From positions 24,620,401 through 24,684,400 of the forward strand of contig CM120641.1 of assembly GCA_051362555.1 (NCBI GenBank): a DNA stretch of 64,000 nt, written 5' to 3'. Numbering within the stretch: position 1 is the first letter of the stretch; each line of letters opens with the position of its first letter. Below the pieces are notes generated by a model. The model saw only the letters and a program-made list of their open reading frames with translations, made no database searches and was not told the origin of the DNA. The position numbers and the translations under genes are program-made. Origin of the DNA: Lingula anatina (taxonomy: Eukaryota; Animalia; Brachiopoda). Positions 36,801 through 49,632 of this stretch are shown in pieces.

Positions 36801-39800
36801 ATTGTGTTAGTTTTTTTAATTGTCTTACATTAGAACAATTTAGCAAGGGCCATTTTGAAAAGACCTGCCATGATGAAAAATAATATAAGTATCATGTTTG
36901 CTATAAGAGAAAAATAATTCTCATTTGGGAAAAAATGGGCCAGACGATGTTTTGTGTCAAAAGGAAAGATGTGATGGTAAAATAGTTATGTTGTATTTTG
37001 GATTTTTCTGTAGATTAAAAAAAAAACTTTTTTTTTCTCCAGACCCATGTGCTGGAGTGTGGTGCCAGCTGGGACGAGCCTGTAAAGTGAACGCAGATGG
37101 CTTTGGGAAGTGCGAATGTGGAGACGAAAAGCTTTGTCTTGGTCACCATAAAAAAGTCTGTGGCACCAACAGGGTATGGTACCCAAGTCACTGCGAGTTG
37201 CACCGTCAGGCCTGTGTGTTGAGACAACACATCAGGATTGACCACACAGAAATGGGATGTGTGGAACAAGGTAATACTGCCATTGATATCTATGGAACAA
37301 GGTAAAGTAATGATATGTTTCTATGGAACAAGGCAAAGGTATGTTCCTGTTGTAGTTTTTGGATACTTTAAGGGATACTAAAGTAAAGCTGGTAAGAGCC
37401 CCAATGTATATTCAGCTATATTCATATACCTTAAAGACTCTAGCACTCCCTTGATATGAGAACATAGTAGTCCTTGTCAAGTCCTTCCTAAGAGGCTTCA
37501 AGGAGGTGGTCTACTAGAGGATACTGATAGTGAAACCATCCCTGAACAGACATGGTGGACTGCATTTCCAATCACATTTAATATAAAGGCTGGGCCCTGG
37601 CAGACTATCTGCACTGTTACATAACAGTATGTACTGGCAGTAAATTCCGTTTCCCGTTTCCTGAAGAAGTCTATGGAAGAAATACTAAATATCAAAGCTC
37701 ATTTGATTTGTATGTTAGTGTCTAAATGTTTAAGGTTAATTGTAGATAGGTTTCTATGAAACAAGGTAAAGGGGAGGTTGAATTATGTGGAAAAAGGTAA
37801 AGATTTACTGATTTATGTATGTGGCAGAAACTTCAATTAAATGTTAGCAAAACTTGTATGAAAGTTAAAATTTGATTTGAGCTTGAGACACTCTGCTGTG
37901 GTCTCGGATGAAGAAGGTGGGAAACATTACTGAGCATCAAGTTGAATAACTGGAAAATGTATTTGAGGCTAAATTATGTTTGGACGAAAATTATCAGGTG
38001 TTGTGCAGAATCTGATCCAGAGACTATATGTTTCTGCAAAGGGAGATGAGTTAAGACCATCTCACAATATAAAATACTGTAGCATAATCAGTCTTTTGTT
38101 CTCTCTCTCTCTCCCTCTCCCTCTCCCTCTCAAGTCCACTTTTATAATAGTTTCATATTTTATAGTCATAATGTTACTGCAACAGTAAATGGTTACCTTA
38201 AAGCAGGTGACATATTATTTAGGGCTCCCATTTACAAAGCTTTTCTCTCTCAGGTGATCAATATATAACAGAGCTTGCATTAACCCTGGAAAATGCCCAG
38301 ATAATCACTAAAGAGACTAATGGTCTGACAATGACAATGCTTTGCTGTGCTTTTAATCCTGATTAAAATGGACGGAAACATTAAACTTTTCACATTGAAG
38401 ATAGAGTACTTGTATACGGAGACATTATAGTCATATGTGTTCATTAAAAAGTATTAGGGTCCATTCCCAATGAAACTCTAGTTTTATGAAGATCAGTCCA
38501 ACTCTGCAGAGACTCACTGAATGCAATCAGATACACTGAATGACGCTCTTCCTTGGAGCAGCTAGGGGGTGATTAACTTTCATGTGCACTTTGTTTTGAG
38601 TGTGACCAAATGCTAAAATTAACCCCCCCCCCCTCCCACCACCTGCTCAAGGAAGCCCGTCATACAGCATATCTGATTGCAGTCAATGAGAATCCCTACA
38701 GAGTTGGATGGATCTATGTTAAGCGTTCGTTTCATTGGGAGTGGGCCCTTAGATCATATAATCACAGTGCTGGTTGGTGGACCACAAAAGAGCGTGTTGT
38801 TCCATTAATGGCTGTGCAAAGAGAATGAATCCTGACCCTCGGTGGTTATTGATCAGTTGAGCTGGCTTTTATCTTATTACGTCTTGAGTGCATTTAATAT
38901 CCCCCTGGTTCATTATAAACACCTTTGCTGCTACTTTGGGTGGGATTCTCGTCACATGCCCTGCATTTTAACACTTGTTATTTAAAGGAAAATTATATTG
39001 ATGATATGAGCTGCCACATTCTGCAACTTTTTGGCATAATTTTTTTAAAGAAAATTACATTGGCAAAATATTTTTTAGTGCTGGGACTCTTTCTGGCAGA
39101 GATCTTAATAGCATTAGAAATTGTTAGTCAGACATATGTGAGAAGTAAGGAAATTAGTTGCAGTAATTGAAATGTCTGTCATTCTTTATCCGCCAACTGC
39201 ACTAAGAACAAACCTATTTATTTATTCCCTTTATATAGAATATTTAACCACTCTTGCAATGAAATGCAGTGGACCAATATACATTCCCAAGCCCCAATAG
39301 ATTTTTTTGCTTACATCATTACTTGTCAACACACTCTTTTAACCTGTTTTGTGGTTTCACTCAAAGCATAGATTGCCTTTGTGAAATCGTGAGGCAACTT
39401 ATAGAAATCAATCAGTGCTCTGGGTCTGGCAAATACAGCACTTTATTGGCTAAATCAGATGCTTCAATGTGCTAAATGTCATGGCTTTTTGGAAAGAATA
39501 GGCTGTATGCAATAATAAAAAATATTGGCGAGTGAAAACTGAGTTTGGCTCTCTCGGAATTAGTAGGCGTCTTTTTTTTTTTGGAAAAGAAGGACACTTA
39601 AAGAATTTTTTGTCACGAACTGATAATGAAGGGCTTTTTAGAAGATGAAAAGCTAAGAACTGATTTAATTTGTATTCCAGGACAAATTATAAAGGTTCAT
39701 TGGCTGAATAGTTATAGGCAAACAACTTGTGTTAAACCTAATTGTTATTACAAAAATATGAATATTCAATGAAATTTCAGCAGTTTTCTCTTTATCACCA

Positions 39801-42800
39801 TGGTATATATACCATAACCAAAATTGATGAGAAAATTACAGCCTATAAACCCATTTGCACTTATTATTTCATTAAGAAAGTAACTCATAAATGAGATACT
39901 TAGAACTGTAAAACAGGTTTATGGATGGTAATTCCATGAATGGTTTTGCTGTGATGAATGGAGAAGTGTTCAAATTTCCAAGAAATTGAATTTTTGCTAT
40001 GTAAAGGTCTAAGGCCTACTGTGATTGTTAGATTCTTCTAAAGGTGAGGTCAGATGGAATTCAGAGGGATTTTATCCCATAATTTTCTGTCAATGGCCTT
40101 CTACCTTTCAAATTGAATAAAATTAGTACATTGAACTCAGACAACTGACAGGATATGAGACATCGGTCATTTTAGAAAAATAGCCAATTAAGAAGTGCCA
40201 TCTGTGTTCTACAATAATTGATTAGGTCTGGGTGGTCAAGAGAAAATGTTGGTTTGGCCCCCAACCAAAGTCTAAATTAGATATATCCACATAGAAATCA
40301 ATGCAGTGAGAGAATTTTTTTTTTTTGTGCAGACAGAGAACAAACTTATCTGTTACTCTAGAAATATGACCACAGACAGTAGATTGGATAGAGTCAGATA
40401 GTGGTATCTAGTTTGATCTGACTTCTTGGATTTTCAGTTAATTAAGTTTAAAAGCAGCATGTCATAAGTCTTTATATGTGAATGATGTCTTCATGTTGAA
40501 ATTAATATCAAGCATTCATCCACACGCATGCGTGCACGCGCACACGCACACACAGTTTAGGTGAATAGATTGATATGGGCATAATTGTTTACACACAAGC
40601 AGAAACATGCATACACGCACACACCTTTCATGCTTAAATGTGATTGAACAGAGCACAAAATCAGATACAAACAATTCTTGTTGTTGACTGTAAATTGGCC
40701 TTTCTGTATCTATTGGTCTGCTGGGTTCCTTATCTGGGCTGACTATATATCTTCACTGTAAGTTACCAGTGGTCTTACTCTTCTTTTAGAGATGTAAATC
40801 CTGAGAGTTAATCCCCTCCTTGGAATTATTAACCAGGTGCAATCATGAGATTCCTTGAATGTTCTACCATACACAAGGTTTTTACCCATGAAATAATACA
40901 GGTACACAACCCGCACCTCATCTGATAGGAATTTTGGCAATGGGAGAAATGAAATAGTATGTTGAGTAAGGCATGCTTGGAAAAATGTTGTCACAGAATA
41001 TGTATTTTGGTTGTGCTACACAACCTTATGGGTTCAATAATCTGATTTTAAACAAAAAAAGAAAAAAAAATCTGCCGTTAAGTGTTTTTCCTGTCAAATT
41101 AATCAGTTAATGATCAATTCAATATTTTGTAATATTTAGGAAATTTTGAGTATTATTGAATAATTCCTGGAAAAAAAATCAATTTTTTGCATGTGTGTGT
41201 ATGGCTTTAATGTATGTATATTAGGTAAGAGTTATCTAATCAACTGATTATTTCAAAACTTCCATTGTTTTCCACCCCAGTGACTCAGCCCTCATACATG
41301 CTAAATGGTTTCAGAGTGACGACATGACTTTCATAACGCAGCTTATCTGTGGTGTTGAAATAAACCGTAGGAAATCAACAATTACTGGGAATTGATCTTT
41401 TTAAATATTCACGTATGTTGTTACCACCACTCAAGTTCTAATGAAATAATAACAATGCATACAGCATGCAGCAAGCATTAGGCGCTTGGCCGTATATTGA
41501 TTTTTGTCAAGGAAGCCATTAAGGGAGGTCTGTTGACAGGTTTTTCAGCTAATACACTGTGGGTTGGTGCTAATGATATAATATTACCAAAACTAAACAG
41601 CTGTGACGTTCGCATCAACACTGATTGATTTAGTTGAAGTTGCATCAAGTAGTTTCCTATTTCATGGTCTTATCATCTCTAAACACCATTGTGTATACAA
41701 GCTGTAAAATAATTATTCTCTAGGAGCGGTTCCTGAGTAACAGAAGAACCTACCATATGCTTTTCTATGCAATGAAATTCTGGGTTTACATATTTCAGCT
41801 ATCAGTTTTTGTGATTGAAAACCATAGGGAGAGCTATATTGAACAAAGGCCATAAACAGACATTTTTTTGAATCAAGAATTGAAACGTGAAAAATTAAAG
41901 TTTGGAATATTTTGTTTTTTATCAATTAAATATTTTGTGCTCATTATTAAACTAGCTGAAAGTATGAAAATATTGTATGCTATAAAAAGAATTTTTATTT
42001 TATTATTTTTTTAGTGTAATCGTGATTTCTTATGTATTTAAGAAGCATTTCTGGCCAGCAGATAGTATATTGAGTCACATAAATGGCACCTCATGGCTTA
42101 GGGATATTTTGTATTGACAATAATTGCGACAATTTCTAGTTCTCTCAGCGGACAGATTTATTCAGCATTAAGTATGATTGTTTTCCTTCTCCACAGATGC
42201 TATTTGAAAATCATGACGGTTGAAAATTGCACTCGGGTGGTAATCAATTATTGTGGAACAACGTAAAGTACGTTGTCCATGCTTTCTCAACCTTGACCAT
42301 GGTTCAGATAAAACCTCATAAGCCCTATCCCCCAGGATTTATTCCTCTCGGAAACGGAAGCCGGTGTTTCTTTGAGTATTCTTTTCCACATTAGTTAGGT
42401 ATTGATTTTACATGGCCGCCAGATCTTGACAGGCAATGGCCTGCAGCTTTCATTAGATCAAGCCAAGTCTGCTGGTATTTATACTGATAATGCTCTCAGA
42501 ATAGAAAGATAATAAGTAGTTATTTTCTATGTGTGGGAAGTACACAGAGTGAAGGAGCAATGAATATTTATAGTGTTTGGCCAAAGATTTTCCCAGAGCT
42601 ACCTGGTCACAATGAATTAGTGCCATTAAAAACACATGCTGTAAAGCTGAAGAGAGAATGTACACACATACACACACATTTCAAAAATCTTTATTTTATC
42701 TACATTTATTTTTCTGTACCTGTAGATTCAATGATGGCTACTTGTGGTCACAGTTGTGGAGGTACCATCTAAAATGAGGTGGCATTTGGAACCCAAGTAC

Positions 42801-45800
42801 CTCTCCACCCTGGGGCACTGGTCAATATTTCTCCCCCCCCCCCCCCCTGGACCCCATACCAATATTTAACCTTTTATTTGACCCCCCCCCCCCTTGCACA
42901 GCAACCCACCAGATACATACATTCACTGCATTGCTAAACATTTACCTAACATCACTGCATGTTGTCTGCATATGAAAAAATATTCCTAACAAAGTGAAGT
43001 GATTATAATAATGTGAAATGTATGCACCATCTCCATGGAGATTAATAGACAAAAAAAGCATAGGAACAATGGCTTTGATCGTCGTGGAAACTGTAACATG
43101 ATGCAAGGTGGCCTAGCTTGTAGCTGCTTTCCTGACTAACATTGTATCTCTGAGGAGATACTGATGGCAAGTTTCTTTGAGTCATGATGTTGTGGCCAGT
43201 GTTGGGGTCTGTGGCCTGGCATGTTGTTAGCAAATGACACAAATCAGGAGCATTGCAATGAAATAAATAATTGATGATTTTTCTCTACTTTGTATGATAA
43301 TGGTATTACAAGTTGCAATGAGGTGGACTGTTGATATGGACTAATAAGAATGGTTAATATTTCAAAGTGAAAAAAAAAAAAAAATAAATAGAAGTATGTT
43401 GATTTCTTTATACTTACTATGTTAATGTATTTATTTAGTAATCAAAATTGGTAACATTCTGTTATAGATAATTGCTTCTTTTCCCTGAAGTAATTTCACT
43501 GTCTCTGTCTGTCTTTCTATTCATCTGTGTTTACACAATCTATTGATACATACATACATACATACATACGTATACATACATACATATAGATTTGAGGTTA
43601 AAGTGACGTATTAAAGTGAATTATGCAATTATTATGTATACAGTTTTCCTACTTTCAGAATCGAGGAAGAAGGAGGCATCAAAAAAAGAGAGTGTTGACA
43701 AAAAAAGCAACAAAGAAGAAAGCACCAAGAAAGATGTACCTAAACCAAGTGAGATTAAAATGGCTAACAAAAAGTCTGTGAAGAAAGATCTAGAATTTCA
43801 AAAGCCTAATGAAGTACACATAGAATCACATACAGTTGATCTTCATTCTGTGGAGGAAGAAAAGACATCTGATCACCATCGACATAACAAGCACCATTCC
43901 AAAAAAGATGACACAAAGTCTAAGAAAAAGGAAAAGAAGGAGGAGGAAAACAATAAGGACTCTGTAGAAAAGGTCCATCACGACAGCCCCAAAGATCAGC
44001 CCTCACTTTCGTTGAAAATGAACAAGATGCTGAAAGAGCAGAAAATGGAAAAAGCTCAAGCGAAAGACTTTGCTGTAGTCTATGCTGTCTGTACAGAAGA
44101 AGACTACAAGAGCTTCAAAGATGCTGTAGTGAAATATCATTGCAAAAGGATGGAAATAGACTGCAAAAACAGTAAGTGTGTTAGGTGTGCCAATATGAGT
44201 GGGAAAATGTGTTGGTTGTAACTGTGTGATAGCTGACATTGGATTTTTTGCGCACACAATTGTGAAATTTTCTTTTTAATTAAATATTATAATATGAAAT
44301 TTTGATATCAGTAGTAGCAGCATGGTTCAGATCTGTTGTGCTTTTTGTATTTAAAACAAAATTTGAAATGGACCTTATATAAAAAATGGTGATAACAACT
44401 TAAGCAAAATTCAGACTAAGCCTTTATGCTAGAAATTAAGTCCTTCATAAGCCAAATAATTACATCAGCAATGTCTAATGCAGTTATAAAATCATTTCTT
44501 TTTTGCTTATCCTGCTAGTTCCTTTAAATCAAAAATTTGTTTCATGTTTTTTTCTCTATAATATTGATCATCATTTTTCTACAGCTATATACAATTATTT
44601 GCAGGAAAACAGTTGCTTGGTAACTTGATGTTTGCTTATTATGACGCCGACTTAGATGGCGTCTTAGTGGAAAGTGAACTGGCAGCCATTCACAAGAGGG
44701 ATAGTCTGGACAGTCTGACTGACAGTGGCTGTAAACTGACCGACCTCCTGGTATTTGACAACAAGGACAGCAAGGCACATGAAATGTCGAATGCAGAGTT
44801 TTTTACAGCTTTTGGTAAGTCCATGTGAACATGTATGCGTGTGTGTTTATGAACAGAAATTTTATGTTTGCTGAAAAATGTGGTTTGAACAAGGTAAAAC
44901 ATAAAAAAGGAAATAATAGATAAATATGACACACAAAGATGCACGCACATGCACACACACACTCAGTGTGTGTAAGAGAGAGAGAGAGAGAGAGGTACTT
45001 AATGTGTATCCTTCTATTAGTAATCATATTCCATTATTCAGCCCAGCCTGATATCACAGTGGTATTTTTGTATTCTCTTATCCATCAGCATGCCATTAAC
45101 TGACTACATCATGCTTTGGTATTGATTCCAAGAACTTGTTTAAGATGGGTTTCTCAGGAGAGGCCTTGCCTGAACTTTACATTGATCTTAAAGGTGAACA
45201 GTCTGTTTTTTGTTTTTTTTCTTTTTCTTGAGCTTTTGACCAATGTTGTATGTTCATATTTGTGTAGTTTAAGCCTGCACATATCATTCAAGAGAACAAG
45301 TGTACAAATCAGACAGCAATGTTTGAGTAGGACCAATAAAAAAAAAAGTAATAAAAAAAGCAAATTCACAAATTACAGGGAATTGATTTTTGCATCATGT
45401 GTGCGTGAAACATTCTTCTTGCTTTGCATGAAGTTAGAATACCTTCAACAGGGAGTAAATTGAATCAGAAGTGCAGAGATGAGATGCAGTGGCAAGATTG
45501 ACAAGCCTGTCGCCATAAATTGATTATTTTGAAAGCAATTTTAATGTTGCCTGGAAATTGCAAGTTCCTGGTGGTAGAGATAAATAATGTGATTAACAGT
45601 CAGATAGCAAAAATCATGATGAGCACAGTGCCTGCTTTGATTAGAACAACAATTTTGAGATAAAGCAAATATTTGTAAGATATTGGCATTTTAATGAAAG
45701 AAATTATGCATTAGCGTCATGTTACAGTTTGGGTAAATAGTAGGTAATGGAAATAAATCTACATCTATTTCCTTAGAGTGCCTTATATGGAAAATAAAAA

Positions 45801-48800
45801 AAAATTGATTGAAAAAAAATTTATTCTCTCTCCAAAGTGTAAGATGGTTGGAAAAACCAGTAAAAGGTGTCTGCATCTGCACAGAACACAAGGAGACACA
45901 ATGTGGCCATATTCATATGCCTCTTATTTGGGGACTTAAAATTTTTGGTACTTTAATTCAGGACTAATCTGTTCTAAATCAATGAGATAAGGAACCTTTT
46001 GGTCTACGACATTTTTTTTATCTGTAAAACAAGCACAACATAGTATTGTAGTTGACTATGTATATGTACTTCTTAATCAGGGGCGGATTCAGAGATATTT
46101 TCTGACAGTCTTCCAAATTATCTTTGTTGATCCATTGTTCATTTTTGACCGTCTTCCGACAGAAAAAATTAGATACCCGTCAATGTAAACTTGAAAATCT
46201 GACCGTCTTCCGGAAGACCCAGAAGACAGCCTAAATCCACCCCTGTTAATTATCATGGGTCATAGTTGACTGAAGATGTTTGTCCTAAAGTTGAGACCAG
46301 CTATCAGTCTACAGTTCTCCTATGAAACAGTCTTGTTAGTACATGATGTACAGTAGAGGAGAGAGGCTGTGGATATCATCAGGATGGCTCACAGTTACTG
46401 AGTCATTGAGGAGATCTATTACTCAGCTAACATCATGTATCATTCCTTGCAGGCCAAACTGATAGGAGACTTATTGAATTGGCTGGAGTTCTATGCTTAG
46501 ATCTTCTCAACATTATGTCTTGGATTCAGCTTTGATAACTAAATTGACCAGAGGTTTTTCTTGACTTAATTCACCCTCCTCAACATGATAATTCCATATT
46601 TTGATCTGACAAGATTTACACACCATGATGTCCTAATTTCAGGCTCATTACTAGCTAACAAGATAGCTCGATGCAGCATTTTAATTCATAGTGCTCCTTT
46701 CATAAGCGGAGATCTAAGTCATTCAATTTCCTTCACTGAATGCGAATATCATGAGTTTTTGTCATTCTTGGAAATCCATTTGATGCCCAGTAGAATTTGG
46801 AGGGTGATTATTTTATACTAAGCATGGTTTAAATGTCATAGTCCATTTTCTCATCACATATATTAGAACAACACATGGAGCCCCAGGGAAGCACATTAGC
46901 AGTGTGTTCAGGGGACAGATTTTCTGGGAAAATATTCTACTTACCCTTTGTGAATATCTCTGAATATGTTAGATTTTAGTTTACAGAGAGTAGGGCTACT
47001 GTATGTTAATACATTTCACCATGATAACACTTTAACACAGGGAGTTGCCGTCATGACAGTACTAAAACTGCATAGAACTATTGTTGGACATTGTATTAAC
47101 AATAGAATAACACTTAGATTGGAGTCTGTCATAAATAATATGTACATTAATAATATGATTAGGATGTGTAGATATGACAGTTCTATAAATTTAACTGTTA
47201 TTATGTTAACTTTTAGACCACTGTAAGCCCCAGAGATTTCTGGAATGCGGAAAGTGGAAGTTATTTCCCAGTTTTGTTTAGAACTCAGGGTTGTACCCCT
47301 GGGAACCCCATTTGGCTGTGTCACCAGGACGTGGGTGAACATAATATCACATTGTTAAATTTGATAAAGATTTTCTTTGGAACATGTGGTTTTTTTAACA
47401 GAAATTGCCTTAAAAAAGACTTGGAATTTGGGGACCACAATATGATGCGGTCTATAGGTTAAAGGATGCTGTTTTTGAAAAAAAATATGATTTAGATTGA
47501 AGGATACTATGATCAGAATACTTACGATTAATTAAGTATTCTGATATACTTTAGCATTAAGATTGGCTTCTTTGCTTAAATTCCACTAAACGGATGAGAA
47601 CATAAGATGATAAATTGGCCCTTTTTTTCCTGGCAGTTTTGATAAAAACTGAACACCTGGGAATGAATCGACCAACAGATGTTTATGAATGATCATTTGT
47701 TATTAAGCACATTGCATCCCTTCAGGGTAAAGGTTCTAGGTAGTATTTTTAGAGCATCCGTAGCATTTGCCTTGCAAGAATTCTACTAATTTCTTACGGC
47801 AAATTAAAAACAGCAGCTGATTTGGAAAAAGTGCTTCGCTACTAACAAATAAAACATTTGCCTTGCAAGAATTCTACTAATTTCTTACGGCAAATTAAAA
47901 AACAGCAGCTGATTTGGAAAAAGTGCTTCGCTACTAACAAATAAAACATACGTGGAAGCTACTTCATTTGTTGAAGACCGAGAGAACACATGTAATTTTG
48001 ATTTATAGAACTTTGTAATTTACTGTTATTTACAGTTGATTAGATTAAAGGAATTTATAATTATGTTATTAAAATTAGCAATGTGCTTTACTTTGTATAG
48101 AGGTCACAATCTTTTTTTTTTTTTTTTTTTTTTTTTTTTGAAAGAGCAAGATTTCACAAGAAATGTTTGCAGTTGGAAACCTAAGCAAGGAGCAATGACT
48201 CACCATTGATTGTAAATCTGTCCAAAAAGTAGCAATAAAGATTTTGGTTAATGAAACAGGAGTAGTAGGAGATAAATATGCCTACAACTTGAGACGTTTT
48301 TGGGCACATCTAAACAGAGAATAATACACATCATTGGCTGTTCTAGTATGGGATTTCTTGGAGATTTTTATGGCAATTACCTCTCTGAATGACCCAGAGT
48401 TTCAGTGATTGCAGGAAATTAACCTGTGTTATCAGCTTGGCTTGTTTCCTGGAAGCTATCAAACACATAATGGAGATAGGGCTTTCATAATCTTTGAAAC
48501 CCAGGATGCCACTTACAGATGTTTACCAGAAAATAAGCATATTAATTTTTGGAAATTAAAGTATACAAATTGACTCTAATTACAAGATCCTCATTTCAGT
48601 AACCCTTTCCCTTCAAGTTTCATTTGAGCAACAGACAAGAAGTTTGCATACAGAGAAGTGGGTTACGAGTAGGATGTCTCAGATTATGTAGCCCATCTTT
48701 GCAAAAAGTTGATGGGCCCTGCATTAGAAGTGCCTCCTTCTGGTGGCCAGTTGGCAGGCGGCTTGGGCTGAGAGTGAGTGGTTAAGGTGGTGTCCGGTCT

Positions 48801-49595
48801 CAAATAGTGTTGGTTAATGTTTCTCCATTCTCTAGAGACCCATCTATTATTTATATTCAAAGTATTGATTTCCATGGATAATACTTCCAGGGAAGCAAAT
48901 ATGTATTTTCATTAATAGTTTACTGACAAAATGATAAAGCGACTTTAGTCACATTGCATTGATCAATTTCCCTTCCATTCAGTTTTCATCCTACTTTTTA
49001 TCTTTCTGTTACCCTTTTTGAACATATATCAGCTTCTTACCTTTGAAGCTGTAAAATCCATTAGCTGTAGCCATAATGAGAGAGATAACTGTGTGGGTTA
49101 TCTGAAATGAAAGACGCATTAGTGCATAGACACATTAATAGTTAGCCTTGGTTGCCATGGAAACGGAAATTATTCGAGCTTCTAAGATGTGGTCTGATCA
49201 AAGTTGAAGTGGTGCTATTGTGAGAATTATATTCAGCTCACAAAAGGAGCAAGTTGTTTTTATCCCTGGTGGCATTTGGAAGCATGATGTGGAATGTATT
49301 GTCATTCCAGAACAGCATTATTCACTCAGTTATATTGTGACCATTTTTCATGTCCATGATGATTTCTCATAAAGTAGTATTGAAATACAACCACTGTAGG
49401 TCATTAGACTGCTGTGGTAATCTAAAATGAGATTATATGTTACCTTGGAAAAATATTACTCACCTGTGACTATTTTTAATTATAAATTTCTGTTTAAACA
49501 CGCAGATCGAATGCATTTTTCTTATTCATAATTGATACACTTTGAATCATGGTCTAGCTGTCTACATAGGTCTGCCATGGGCTTACTCAGCACTT

Positions 49596-49632
<37 letters not shown>

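Noticed and set aside
41700-41930. Possible DNA-transposon relic in FSTL intron
   Set aside because: It looks repeat-like, but I could not define paired termini or a TSD.
44585-44604. Upstream acceptor TTTTCTACAG at 44584 for the FSTL EF-hand exon
   Set aside because: It is 20 nt upstream of the in-frame acceptor at 44604 and leads to a frameshift and early stop.
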